A DNA stretch of 64,000 nt from a bacterium (GTDB lineage: Bacteria; UBA8248), in the NCBI GenBank assembly GCA_965218885.1, contig OZ244713.1, forward strand, positions 2,800,769 through 2,864,768, written 5' to 3'. Shown one piece after another: positions 40,413-50,488 of this stretch (position 1 is the stretch's first letter; each line of letters begins with the position of its first letter). The translations under genes were made by a program, and so were the position numbers. Under the pieces are notes generated by a model. That model had not been told where the DNA came from. It worked only from the letters and a program-made list of their open reading frames with translations, and made no database searches.

Positions 40413-41562
40413 ATCGCTCCCTCAAAAACGTCCCTACTTTTTCGAGGCCGGCTTCGATGTTTTCGATGGAGTTGCAGTAGGAGAACCGGAGGAATCCTTC
40501 TCCTCCGGGCCCGAAATCGGCCCCTGGCGCTACGGCCACGCCGGTGGCTTCCAGAATTTCCCTGGCCAGTTCCAGGCTGTCCGCGCCATAGGCGCGCGCA
40601 TCGGCGAAGGCGTAGAACGCGCCCGTTGGCTCGTGGAGCATTTTGAGGCCGATATCCTTGAGGCGCGCGAGCATGATTTTGCGTCTTTCGTCATAAATGC
40701 CGCGCATGCGCTCCGCTTCCGGCAGGCCTTCTTTCAGAGCGGCGATCGCCGCGTGCTGGACAAAAGAATTGGGCGAGACGAAATAGTTTTGCTGCAGTAT
40801 CTCCAGCGGGCGGACATATTCGGGGGGCACGATGAGATAGCCGATGCGCCAGCCCGTCATCGCGAAATACTTGGAAAAACCGTTGATGACGAAACAATCC
40901 TCCGCAAAGTGAAGCGCCGTGTATTCGGCATCCACGTAGCTGAGTCCGTGGTATATCTCATCCGAGATAATGGGCTTTCCCAGTTCGGCGAGCGCCGCCA
41001 TATCCTGGCGCGAGAGCGATGCGCCCGTGGGGTTTGACGGCGAGTTGATGAGGATGCCCCTGGTTTTCGGGTTGAGGAAGTCGCGAACAGCCTCGGCTTT
41101 CAGTGCGAAGCCATGCTCCGCGCGGGTGGGCGCCCGTATGGGTATTCCGCAGGCGGACTGAATGAAAGCCGGGTAGCAGGCGTAGTGGGGGTCTGAAATG
41201 ATGACTTCATCGCCCTCATTGACGAGGACGGAGAAGAGCATCAGCAGGCCCGGGCTCGTGCCGTTCGTCACCACCACGCGCTCGGGCGATACGGATACTC
41301 CATATTTATGCTCATAAAAATCCGCTATCGCCTCGCGCAGTTCGGGAATTCCCAGTGCCGCCGTGTAGTGGGTGTGGCCGGCGCGAAGGGCATCCTCGGC
41401 GGCGCGGGTGACGACCTCGGGCGTGTCGAAATCTGGTTCCCCCACTTCTAGGTGGATCACCTCGCGGCCTTGCGCCTCCAGTTGATGGGCGCGCTCCATG
41501 ATATCCATCACCAAGAAGGGCTTTATGCCAGAGATTCGCGCCGGTACGGAGAGTTCTTTCAT
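40411..41562 (-). CDS. PLP-dependent aminotransferase class I/II
   Basis: LEVGEPDF, INSPSNPTG, ISDEIY, GFSKYFAMTGWRIG. Confidence 0.95.
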   Translation of the reverse strand: MKELSVPARISGIKPFLVMDIMERAHQLEAQGREVIHLEVGEPDFDTPEVVTRAAEDALRAGHTHYTAALGIPELREAIADFYEHKYGVSVSPERVVVTNGTSPGLLMLFSVLVNEGDEVIISDPHYACYPAFIQSACGIPIRAPTRAEHGFALKAEAVRDFLNPKTRGILINSPSNPTGASLSRQDMAALAELGKPIISDEIYHGLSYVDAEYTALHFAEDCFVINGFSKYFAMTGWRIGYLIVPPEYVRPLEILQQNYFVSPNSFVQHAAIAALKEGLPEAERMRGIYDERRKIMLARLKDIGLKMLHEPTGAFYAFADARAYGADSLELAREILEATGVAVAPGADFGPGGEGFLRFSYCNSIENIEAGLEKVGTFLRER

Positions 41563-41750
41563 CTTGGTTGACCCTTTAATTTCGATATTTTAAAGTGGTT
41601 GCTCACCTGCAAGGCTAGTGGTAAACTTCATTGAACTCAAGGTGTTACCGATATCTTTGATAAGAAGGCAGCCAAAGAGTTGGATAATTTTTAGCCCCGG
41701 ATTGTTCATCTTGAACGAGGTTCGAGGCTCCGAGGATGGGGAGGAGTCCT

Positions 41751-42044
41751 TTGACTAAAATCGATATCATCAATCTCGTGTCGGACGATACGGGCCTCAG
41801 TAAAGTTAAGGCGGAAGAAGCAGTCGAGATGATTATCCAGACCATCAAGGAATCCCTCCAGAGCGGTGAGTCCGTCATTTTAAGGCGCTTCGGCTCCTTC
41901 CAGGTGAGAGAGAAGAACGCTCGCGTGGGACGCAACCCGAAGACGGGTCAGGAAGCGCCCATCAGCGCGCGCCGGGTCGTGCGCTTCAAGGCGGGAAAAC
42001 ACTTCAAGGAAGCGGTGAACGGCGCCGAGGTGAAATTTCATTAA
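41751..42044 (+). CDS. HU/IHF family DNA-binding protein
   Basis: TTG start after SD GGAGGAG; FGSFQVREKNARVGRNPKTG, RVVRFKAGK. Confidence 0.93.
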   Translation: MTKIDIINLVSDDTGLSKVKAEEAVEMIIQTIKESLQSGESVILRRFGSFQVREKNARVGRNPKTGQEAPISARRVVRFKAGKHFKEAVNGAEVKFH

Positions 42045-42068
42045 ACTTTTTTGTTCACCGCCTTTCAG

Positions 42069-43100
42069 CTAGCCTATCAGCATGGCGTCTCCGTAGCTGT
42101 AGAATCGATAGCCCTTTTCAATCGCCCGCGTGTATGCGCTCAGGATTTTCTCCTTGCCCGCGAACGCCGCCACGAGCATGAGCAGGGTCGAGCGCGGCAG
42201 GTGAAAGTTGGTCAGCATCATGTCCACCACCTGAAATCGAAAACCCGGCCTGATGAACAGGCGGGTGCTGAACTCCCCCGCCTGTAGCGTCTGGCCGCGC
42301 GCGGCCGCCTCGATATAAGCGGATTCCAAGGCCCGAACCACCGTCGTTCCCACGGCCAGGATGCGGCCGCCGCCCGCTTTCGTATCGTGGAGCGAGGCGA
42401 CGGCGTCTTCCGTCAAAATGTAGTTTTCCGCGTCCATCTCGTGGTCTTCGATGTGTTCCGTTTGAACGGGCCGGAACGTTCCGGCTCCCACGTGGAGGGT
42501 AAGCTTGGCGATGCGCGCGCCGGCGGCCGAAATGTCTTCGAGCATCCTTGCGCTCAGGTGCAGACCCGCCGTAGGTGCGGCGACGGCCCCCGGGTTTCGG
42601 GCGAAAATGGTTTGGTAGCGCTCTTTGTCGACCGTCTCGGCGATTCTGCCCAGATATGGCGGGATCGGCATTTCCCCGAAAGATTCCAGCCAATCATCAA
42701 GATCATCGGGAGAGGAGAATTCGAGTTCTCTCTCCCGGCCCTGCGGCCCGAGCGTGGCGTGGCGCCCCTCGTCGAAAACGATGGTTTCTCCCTCCGCCAG
42801 CGGGCGGTTGGCGCGCACCATGGCGCGAAATTTTCCGGGAGAGAATTGTTTGAGCAAGAGGGCTTCCACCCGGCCTCCGCTCTCGCGCCTGCCGTGAATT
42901 CTCCACGGGTTGACCTTCGTGTCGTTGAGAACAAGCAGATCCCCCGGACGCAGATGGCGCGGCAGATCGGTGATCTTGAGATGCGCAAGCGCTTCGCCCG
43001 CTTTGGGGATGTGGAGGAGCCTCGCGTCCTCGCGGTTCGGCGGCGGGTATCGGGCGATGAGATTCCGGGGCAGGTGATAGTCGAAGTCATCGAGTTTCAT
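42069..43100 (-). CDS. queA: tRNA preQ1 S-adenosylmethionine ribosyltransferase-isomerase QueA
   Basis: DFDYHLP, LNDTKV, IPPY, AAPTAGLH, TLHVGAGTF, NFHLPRSTL, YRFYSYGDAM. Confidence 0.98.
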   Translation of the reverse strand: MKLDDFDYHLPRNLIARYPPPNREDARLLHIPKAGEALAHLKITDLPRHLRPGDLLVLNDTKVNPWRIHGRRESGGRVEALLLKQFSPGKFRAMVRANRPLAEGETIVFDEGRHATLGPQGRERELEFSSPDDLDDWLESFGEMPIPPYLGRIAETVDKERYQTIFARNPGAVAAPTAGLHLSARMLEDISAAGARIAKLTLHVGAGTFRPVQTEHIEDHEMDAENYILTEDAVASLHDTKAGGGRILAVGTTVVRALESAYIEAAARGQTLQAGEFSTRLFIRPGFRFQVVDMMLTNFHLPRSTLLMLVAAFAGKEKILSAYTRAIEKGYRFYSYGDAMLIG

Positions 43101-43145
43101 ACGGCTCACTTCCTGACCAGGTTTCCTTCGGGACGGTGCGCGAAG

Positions 43146-43982
43146 CTAGCTTTCTTCATCCGCTTGATCGAGGCGAGACGAAACGATGGGTTCTTGCGAC
43201 ACGTCTTTTTCCCCAGGATGAAAAAGTTTCCAAATCGCTTGTCGCAGCACGCCCCGCAATACCCGAACCTCCCTCTCGTCGGGCCCCAGCCTGTCGAGCA
43301 TCCTCCTGAAGGTCCGGGCCACGCGATCCGGGTCGTTGTGGGGCACGAAGCCTATCTGCTCCATGGATTCGAGCAGATGATCCACCAGCCCTTCGATTTC
43401 CTCGCGCGATGCGGGTTCGTACTCGTTCGCGCGCTCCGGCTTCGCGTCGCTCTCTCGGGCGGGAGGGGTCACCTGGTTTTGGCTGAAAAGCTCCCAAAGG
43501 ACGATCAGGACGGCTTGGGAGAGGTTGAACGATTCACCGCTTGGCAGCGCCGGGATGAGCAGTTTCTCCTGGCATAGGCTCAACTCCTCGGTGAACAGGC
43601 CCTTGTCCTCCTGTCCGAACACCAGGCCGACTTTCATGGTCGATGCGCGTCCCAGCAGAGCGCCCGCATCCTCTCTCGGGCGCATGGTGGGCTGTCGCTT
43701 TCTGCCCAGACGCCTCGACGTGCCCACCAGCCAGCCGCAATCGTGCGAGGCCTCGCGAAGGCTCGCGAAATGCTCCGCTCCCGCCAGCAAGGGTTGCGCG
43801 TTCATGGCCATCGAGCGGGCCTCCACGCTTTTGACGTCGCATTGGGGTGAGACGAGGCGCAAGTCCGACACGCCGAAGTGCGACATGACGCGCGCGATGG
43901 CGCCCACGTTGCCCGCGCCCCTCGGGCGTACGAGGATGATGGCGAAATCGGTGTTTTCTTCCAAAGAAACTGGCTCGTCCAT
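43146..43982 (-). CDS. trmJ: TrmJ/TrmH family RNA methyltransferase
   Basis: ILVRPRGAGNVGAIARVMSHFG, VFGQEDKGL, SFNLSQAV. Confidence 0.88.
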   Translation of the reverse strand: MDEPVSLEENTDFAIILVRPRGAGNVGAIARVMSHFGVSDLRLVSPQCDVKSVEARSMAMNAQPLLAGAEHFASLREASHDCGWLVGTSRRLGRKRQPTMRPREDAGALLGRASTMKVGLVFGQEDKGLFTEELSLCQEKLLIPALPSGESFNLSQAVLIVLWELFSQNQVTPPARESDAKPERANEYEPASREEIEGLVDHLLESMEQIGFVPHNDPDRVARTFRRMLDRLGPDEREVRVLRGVLRQAIWKLFHPGEKDVSQEPIVSSRLDQADEES

Positions 43983-44263
43983 AAAATGAAGTCAGAGTGT
44001 GAGGGGAATAGGGTCTTTGCATTTTCCTGCGCCGGAAGCCTTATTCGTCATGCCGCCCCGGTGCGGGATGCGTTCTTCTCTTCTCATAGCACGAAGGGGG
44101 GCGACCTGTCATAACGAATCGGGTTTTCGCGCCGATATTCTCCTGTATGGGCGGCGAATGGGCATTTTCCCCCTGGAAATCACCAGGCCCCGGCGCGACG
44201 GATTCGCTCCGAAGCCCGCGCGGCGGTGTCATCTGCTCCATTTTGGCGTAATATGTACGCGCT

Positions 44264-44656
44264 ATGAGTTCCGACATCACACGAACATTCGAAGGCGGGA
44301 ACCTGCACGAGTTGTCCGCTTTTCTCGTGACGCCCGCTCGCTCGGGCATATTCCTCACGCGAAGCCGCATCCGCGCCCTGGCCTTGGAGATGGGACTGCG
44401 CGCGGGCGTCCAGAACCGCGCCAGAATGCTGGAGAATCTGTTCCGCGAGGCGGGTTCGGACGGTCGGGTTCAGGAACTGCTCGGGCGAATCGATGACATC
44501 GCGGGCGAAAACCTCGCCCGGTACCGCGCCTGGGCGAAGGCGTGCCCGCCATCGAAGGCCGCGTGGCGCGATTGGTCCAGGAAGACGCGCGCGCTCAGAC
44601 GCCACCTCGCGCAAGCCCGGAAATGGGCGCGCGCCATGAAAGAAGATGCCCCATAG
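44264..44656 (+). CDS. Hypothetical helical protein (130 aa)
   Basis: Clean ORF with genome-like codon usage, convergent on the TorD-like gene; no motif recognised. Confidence 0.7.
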   Translation: MSSDITRTFEGGNLHELSAFLVTPARSGIFLTRSRIRALALEMGLRAGVQNRARMLENLFREAGSDGRVQELLGRIDDIAGENLARYRAWAKACPPSKAAWRDWSRKTRALRRHLAQARKWARAMKEDAP

Positions 44657-44710
44657 GCGGATTTTGATGCGAGGTGAAAAAGCCGCGTGGCGGAATCGCC
44701 GTCCCCTCTC

Positions 44711-45349
44711 CTAAAGTATCCTGGCGATGTATTTTCTGTCCGAGAAGGCGAATTCGCGTATCCATTTGGCGAGTTCACGGTACAGATGCGTTTCCGCGTC
44801 CTCTTCCATGCTCGCCGTGTAGATGGGCATCCAGCCCATGAGGTGCTCATCCATGAACCGCGCGCTTAAAGATAGTTTCTCCCGCGCGAGGTCGGCGCTT
44901 CCATCTTCCCAGGCGTCGGCTTCTTCCGTGGCGAGCCGGGCCAGGAATTCGAGCTCTACGCTTAAATGATCCATCGCCAGGACGCTGGGGTGGGCGAGAG
45001 CGGCGCTGCCGCGTCCGGGGTTGTAGCCGCAGGCCCGGTAGAAATCGGCCACCTCGTCCGTCCTCTTCGAATTCAGATGTCCGCTTTCATCCATCAGGGC
45101 GGCTTCGTAGGGAGGAGAGGAGAGCACGAACAGGTTTGTGAAATCGACCCTGAGCTTTTGGAGGGCTTCTTCGGTGATATCGAATTTTTCCGGGAACAAG
45201 AACGGGTAGTTCTCTTGTAGGAACGCCGCGAGTTCCGAATCGAGCGGGTCGAGCATCGCCCGGGCCTGCACCCGGTAGAGTTGCGCGCGGAGCCTCGCCT
45301 GTTCGGCGTTTTCAGAGTGTGAGGCGCGGCGCTTCCAGCGAAGACTCAT
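44711..45349 (-). CDS. TorD/DmsD family redox-enzyme maturation chaperone
   Basis: ATG 45349 overlaps the oxidoreductase stop; PPYEAA, VADFYRACG, DHLSVELEFL, FMDEHLMGW. Confidence 0.9.
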   Translation of the reverse strand: MSLRWKRRASHSENAEQARLRAQLYRVQARAMLDPLDSELAAFLQENYPFLFPEKFDITEEALQKLRVDFTNLFVLSSPPYEAALMDESGHLNSKRTDEVADFYRACGYNPGRGSAALAHPSVLAMDHLSVELEFLARLATEEADAWEDGSADLAREKLSLSARFMDEHLMGWMPIYTASMEEDAETHLYRELAKWIREFAFSDRKYIARIL

Positions 45350-48222
45350 TCGGAGATGGTGTAGGCCTCGGCCTGGGGCTTGTTGGGCCGGGCGAACCAC
45401 AGCGGGCGCCTGAGGTTGTCGGGGCCGGGCGCGGGCTTCGTCATCTCGAGCCATTGCTTGTAGTGCTCGAAACTCTTCTTCGTATCGACGCTGATGTCGC
45501 CGTAGCGATCCGCCGCCCCCGCCTTCGTGACCCGCACCTTCTGGTGCCAGCAGTGCATCCCGCTCACCGGATCGGGGTTGACCGGGAAGGTGAGGTTCTG
45601 GTTCACGCCCACCTCGCGCCACCAGATGCGCTCCGTGTCGGGGTCGTCGCTCTTGAAGGGCTGGACGCCGTGGACTTGGCGCATGGTGTATTCCCCATCG
45701 CCCTTCTCATCGAGGCGAACGACGGCGGAGGCGATCTTGGGCGCTCCCTGGTCTTCGCTCAGACGCCAGCGGCCCAGGTGATGCGCCATGGCGACGATGC
45801 CGGGCCTCAGGCCCTCCGTCACCCAGCATCTCGTGACGAAATGGCCTATCCCGGTCTCGACTTTCGCGAGGTCGCCCGTGTTCAATCCGAGGCGTTTGGC
45901 GTCGTCGGTGTGGAGCCACAGCGGGTTGTTGTGGGTGATCTCGTAGAGCCACTTCACGGCCGAGCGCGTGTGGATGAGGGTGGCGAGGCGATAGTTCGGC
46001 AACAGGTCGAACTCGTTGTTCCCCCGTTCCATGTCGCGCCAGTAGACGTGGGTCTTCATGTATTTGGGTATCGCCTCATCGCCCCAGTTCCAGGCCGCCA
46101 TGGTCGGGCTGTAGAATTCGAGTTTTTTAGACGGCGTGTGGAAGCCCTCCCTCGCCTTGCCGCGGCTCATGTTGCCGATGAGCGCGCCGTCTTTCCAGAC
46201 CGAGCCCGTCGCCTCATCCACGTGGGCGTCGTGCATCGCCTCATCCGGTATCTCGTGCATGTGAGGCTCGTATACGTTTTCCTCTACGGCGAAAACACCG
46301 TATTTGCGCATGTATTCGAGAGGCGTCAAGCCTTCTTTCTCGGCGGCTTCGGGCAATCCCGGAACGCCGTTTTCGAACATCCACTGGTAGTATTCGTTCA
46401 CCGTGATCTTCGCGCCCGGCCTGTAGGGACTCTCGAAATATTGCCGGATGCCGAGCGAGCCGTCGGGGTCGATGCGCCAGGAGAGTTCGATGTGGAGCTC
46501 GTCCTCCTCCCACACTTCGCCGGGGTTCGTCTCCCGCGTAGTTTCGAACGTCTCGCCCATCTTCTCGCGCAGCGCCCGCAGGACGGGCTGGCGGAAGCCC
46601 ACCCATTTCGTGGGGTGCGTCTCCTGGCTCTGGTTGTCGTGGCGTTCCGTCGCGTTGCCCATGGGCAGAATGTAGTCCGCGAACCAAGCCGTCTCGCTCC
46701 AGGTGGGGGTGAGCGCCACGTGGCAGCCTATCTTGTCGTGGTCTTTGAGCATATCCACCCACATGAAGCCGTCGGGGTTCGTCCACACCGGGTTATAGAC
46801 CCGCGTGAAATAGACGTCGACGCTGTGGCCCTTGTCCTTCACGAGGTGGGGCATCAGGAAACTCATCTCGAAGAAGGCGAGAGGGTATTCCCGGGGAAAG
46901 AGAAGCTCGTTCCAGTCTTTGGGCCCCGGAGCGGGGTTGGGGTGTTTGGGCACGAATTTGTGCGTGCTCGCCAGGTGGGTTCCGCCCACCGTGCCCACCG
47001 CGCCCGTCAGGGACGGCAGAAAGTGCAGACACCGCGCCACCTGCCAGCCGTGCAGGTTGCCGGTGGCGGCCGCGCGCCAGACGTGGATGCAGAGGCGGCT
47101 TCCGGCGCGGGCGACGACCTGGGCGACTTCGGCGATCAAGTCGACGGAAACGCCCGTCTCCTCCGCCGCGTACTCGAAGGTGAACTCCGCGTATTCTTGT
47201 TTAAGTTTCTCGATGAAGTTATCGAAACTCGCCTCATCGTCGGGGTGAACTGTCCGCATGTATTCGGTCCAGTTCATCCACTCCTCGACGAACTGCGCGT
47301 CGAACTGCTCCGTATCGAGCAGGTAGCGCGCGATGGCGAGCAGAATCGCGCTCTCGGTTCCGCTGTAGGCGGGCAGCCAGTAGTCGGCCTTCGCCGCCGT
47401 GTTGGAGAGCCTGGGGTCTATCACGATGAGCTTCGCCCCGCTGGTTTGCGCCTCGATGATGCGCTGGGCCGAGGGGTTGTAGTAGTGGCCCGTGTCGAGG
47501 TGGCTGCTGATCAGCAAAATGGCGTCGGCGTTGGTGAAATCGGGCGAAGGCCTGTCCGATCCGTTCCAGAGGAACTGGCCGATGCGGGCCGAGGAGCTGC
47601 ACACGTTGGTGTGGCTGTTGTGGCCGTCCACGCCCCAGCCGGCGAGCGTCTTGAACATGTAGCCGTCCTCGCCGGGGCGTCCCACGTGGTAGATGACGCC
47701 GTTTCGCCGCTCCGCCTGAATCGCCTCGCGAATACGCCCGGCGATGTCGTCGAGCGCCTCGTCCCAACTCACGCGCTCCCACTTGCCCTCGCCGCGCTCT
47801 CCCACGCGCTTCAGGGGATAGAAGATGCGGTCGGGGTCGTACACCTGGTTGAGCGTCACCCATCCCTTGGCGCAGTTTCGCCCGCGCGAGGCGGGGTGGA
47901 GGGGATTCCCCTCGATTTTTCTGATCTTCATGTCGTCCTTGTCGACGTAGGCCAGAAGCCCGCATCCCGCCTCGCAGTTGAAGCAAAGCGTCGGAACCAG
48001 CGCGTAGTTTCTCGCTACTTTCTGCGGCCACTTGGTGCTTTCGTATTCCGTCCAGTTGTCCCATTTGTCGGGACTCGGGTAGGAGGTGAGAGCGCCGTTC
48101 GTGTTCGTGTAGTTGAGTTGGCCCGCCGGGGCTGCGGGCGGGGCTTTGGCCAGCAGGTCGGGACGGCCCAAAGAGGCGATGTCTCGCGCGCCCTTGCCGA
48201 CTTGAAGATGACTTGTGCTCAT
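45346..48222 (-). CDS. Molybdopterin (DMSO reductase family) oxidoreductase catalytic subunit, no Tat signal
   Basis: CFNCEAGC...NCAKG Fe-S motif, DPDRIFYPLKRVGERGEGKWERVSWDEALDDIA, HTNVCSSSAR, VIDPRLSNTA, C-terminal binding domain. Confidence 0.93.
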   Translation of the reverse strand: MSTSHLQVGKGARDIASLGRPDLLAKAPPAAPAGQLNYTNTNGALTSYPSPDKWDNWTEYESTKWPQKVARNYALVPTLCFNCEAGCGLLAYVDKDDMKIRKIEGNPLHPASRGRNCAKGWVTLNQVYDPDRIFYPLKRVGERGEGKWERVSWDEALDDIAGRIREAIQAERRNGVIYHVGRPGEDGYMFKTLAGWGVDGHNSHTNVCSSSARIGQFLWNGSDRPSPDFTNADAILLISSHLDTGHYYNPSAQRIIEAQTSGAKLIVIDPRLSNTAAKADYWLPAYSGTESAILLAIARYLLDTEQFDAQFVEEWMNWTEYMRTVHPDDEASFDNFIEKLKQEYAEFTFEYAAEETGVSVDLIAEVAQVVARAGSRLCIHVWRAAATGNLHGWQVARCLHFLPSLTGAVGTVGGTHLASTHKFVPKHPNPAPGPKDWNELLFPREYPLAFFEMSFLMPHLVKDKGHSVDVYFTRVYNPVWTNPDGFMWVDMLKDHDKIGCHVALTPTWSETAWFADYILPMGNATERHDNQSQETHPTKWVGFRQPVLRALREKMGETFETTRETNPGEVWEEDELHIELSWRIDPDGSLGIRQYFESPYRPGAKITVNEYYQWMFENGVPGLPEAAEKEGLTPLEYMRKYGVFAVEENVYEPHMHEIPDEAMHDAHVDEATGSVWKDGALIGNMSRGKAREGFHTPSKKLEFYSPTMAAWNWGDEAIPKYMKTHVYWRDMERGNNEFDLLPNYRLATLIHTRSAVKWLYEITHNNPLWLHTDDAKRLGLNTGDLAKVETGIGHFVTRCWVTEGLRPGIVAMAHHLGRWRLSEDQGAPKIASAVVRLDEKGDGEYTMRQVHGVQPFKSDDPDTERIWWREVGVNQNLTFPVNPDPVSGMHCWHQKVRVTKAGAADRYGDISVDTKKSFEHYKQWLEMTKPAPGPDNLRRPLWFARPNKPQAEAYTISE

Positions 48223-48240
48223 AATCTTGAAACTCCCGGA

Positions 48241-49761
48241 TTACGAAAGGGGAACGGCCTGTCCGGCCTTCACCCAGATTTTATCCCAAAGATACGCGCC
48301 CGCCATGGCCATGATGCCGGCCAGCACCGCGCCAAAACCGCCGAAGCCGCCCGCCCAAAGCAGGAGCAGTGGAACGAGGCATCCCACGATGACGGCGCCT
48401 CCCCAGAAATCGTTCTTGAACGGTCCGCTCGTCAGCAGGTGGATCGCCCGCTCATGCGCCACGGAGCCGAAGCGATGCACGAGAATCGAGAACACGAGGA
48501 TGCACAGGTGCAGCAGGATGAGAATGGCGAGCAGCCCGCCCAGGATGTTCAGGACGGACGCTTGATTCGCGATGGGGAAGAGCGTGGCGAAGAGAAGCAG
48601 GATCGCCGCGCCCTTCAAGCCCGATTGTACGCCGATGTCGATAGTGTTCTCGCTTCCTTTCCACAAATCGCGCGCCGAGGCCTGGGCGAAGAAAAAGCCG
48701 GTATATATCGATGCGAGTACGCCCATGACGATGGTGGGCCACAGGATGAGGCCCATGAAGCCCGACGCGCCGAACATGGCGCCAAGCACCCAGAGTAGGG
48801 TGAGGGCGCCGTCGAGCGCGATGAACCACGTGCCCCACGCCATCCAACTGCCCCAGTTCGAGCGGAGCATGATGTAGTAGAACCGCTCGGGCCGCTTGAG
48901 GTCGGTGACGAGCACCGCTCCCGTGGCGGCCAGAAGGATTCCGCTCAGCGCGGGCATCCAGAAGGAGAACAGCGAACTTTTGAAGCCGAACGCCCACAGA
49001 AACAGGCTGATGACCAAAAGACCCGTGCTCGCGCCCTTGGTCAGCAGATAGGTGATGATCTTCGTCTCCCAGGGAACCTCGTGGAAGGTGTCGTAAACGG
49101 TGCGGCTATCGCCTGGCTTGTTCTCCCACTCGGGCACGACGTCTTCTCTTTCCATGTCCATCTCGCCCTGCTTGTAGATGCCCGACTGGCCCGCTTCCGT
49201 GGGATCCAGGAGTTGGCGGCTGCCCTCGAGATAATAGATGTTGGGCGCCGTGTTGTATTCGGGCTTTCTCACCTGGTAGGGGCGCTGCGTGGTGAGTTTC
49301 GATATCTTCGAATCCGCATCCTCCACGTCGCCGAACACGCGGCACTGCGTGGGGCAGACCACCACGCAGGCGGGCTCCAGGCCCACTTCGAGGCGGTTCG
49401 CGCAGAAATTGCATTTCTCCGCCGTCATCGTGTTGGGGTCGATGAAGAGTTGATCGTACGGACACGCCGCGATGCAGGATTTACACCCGATGCACCAATT
49501 CGGGTCCAGGTCCACGATTCCGTCGCTGCGTCTGAAAAGCGCCTTCGTCGGGCAAATGTTCTGACAGGGCGCATCGTCGCATTGATTGCACAGGACGGGC
49601 AGAAATTCCCTTCTGGTGCTCGGGAAGGCGCCTTTTTCAACCTCTTTCACCCAGCATCGCCAGACGCCGATGGGAATATCGTGTTCAGATTTACACGCGA
49701 TTGTGCAAGCATGACATCCGATGCAGGATTCGAGGTCGATCGCCATTGCATACTTGGGCAT
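48241..49761 (-). CDS. Fused 4x[4Fe-4S] ferredoxin and NrfD/PsrC-type membrane anchor
   Basis: CIGCHACTIAC, CNQCDDAPC..CP, CIGCKSCIAACP, CNFC..PAC..CP; then LVTDLKRPERF and SWMAWG TM region. Confidence 0.92.
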   Translation of the reverse strand: MPKYAMAIDLESCIGCHACTIACKSEHDIPIGVWRCWVKEVEKGAFPSTRREFLPVLCNQCDDAPCQNICPTKALFRRSDGIVDLDPNWCIGCKSCIAACPYDQLFIDPNTMTAEKCNFCANRLEVGLEPACVVVCPTQCRVFGDVEDADSKISKLTTQRPYQVRKPEYNTAPNIYYLEGSRQLLDPTEAGQSGIYKQGEMDMEREDVVPEWENKPGDSRTVYDTFHEVPWETKIITYLLTKGASTGLLVISLFLWAFGFKSSLFSFWMPALSGILLAATGAVLVTDLKRPERFYYIMLRSNWGSWMAWGTWFIALDGALTLLWVLGAMFGASGFMGLILWPTIVMGVLASIYTGFFFAQASARDLWKGSENTIDIGVQSGLKGAAILLLFATLFPIANQASVLNILGGLLAILILLHLCILVFSILVHRFGSVAHERAIHLLTSGPFKNDFWGGAVIVGCLVPLLLLWAGGFGGFGAVLAGIMAMAGAYLWDKIWVKAGQAVPLS

Positions 49762-49909
49762 GAAGAATCCTCACTTCTTATGAAACACGTTTCTCGTAAC
49801 GTGGCTTTGATAGTCCATTACTAGAACTTTGTGGCGGACGTGTCAATTGAGGCAGGGTGGTCCGGATATTTCACGTTCTGGGGCGGCTGGAGGCTTGGGA
49901 GGAGGCCGG

Positions 49910-50488
49910 ATGATGGCAGGAGCGAGCATCAGGCCGAAACTCGCGTGCCTGGCAAGAGGCCTCACACTCGCCCGTATACTGGCGATTCCTGCATTCTTAT
50001 GGGTTTTCTTCCGCTTGGAGTCCGCTCCCGACCTCAGGTGGCGGATGTTGCTCATCGCCGTTTACGCCTACGCGGTCTTGAGCGACTTGACTGACGGCCC
50101 CTTGGCGAGGCGCGCAGGCGCTGCGAGTTATTTCTGGGGCCGGGTGGACGCCTTCTCGGACGTCGCCTTCAACGCGGCGGCGCTCTCGGCCGCCGCATGG
50201 ACGGGGCGGGTCGGCCCCTGGGCGCCCCTTGGAGTCTTGGCGCTGGGCGCTCAGTTCCTGTGGCGCTGCCGGAGGGAGCTCGGGAGCGAGGGCGATTCCC
50301 TGCCCGAGGATGTGGCGGGCAAGTGGGCGGGGGTGCTTTTCTATGCGCTGGTGGGCGGCGTCGTCTTCGAGATTAGCTTTTCGTGGGACTGGCTGAAGCC
50401 TGTCCTCCTCTGGCTCGACCGCCTGGTTTTTCTCTACGCTTTATATTTACTCATCCGAAACGGCCTCTTGCCTCATCGACGCCTTTAG
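49910..50488 (+). CDS. CDP-alcohol phosphatidyltransferase family protein
   Basis: LTLARI, SDLTDGPLARR, GRVDAFSD (DxxDGxxAR...G..D..D). Confidence 0.85.
   Translation: MMAGASIRPKLACLARGLTLARILAIPAFLWVFFRLESAPDLRWRMLLIAVYAYAVLSDLTDGPLARRAGAASYFWGRVDAFSDVAFNAAALSAAAWTGRVGPWAPLGVLALGAQFLWRCRRELGSEGDSLPEDVAGKWAGVLFYALVGGVVFEISFSWDWLKPVLLWLDRLVFLYALYLLIRNGLLPHRRL

Noticed and set aside
45319-48798. 1159-aa plus-strand ORF opposite the molybdoenzyme
   Set aside because: Shadow frame of a GC3-rich gene with no motifs. The same applies to 30763-32346, 25155-26627, 52249-53502, 11960-13258, 36340-37587 and other overlapping ORFs.
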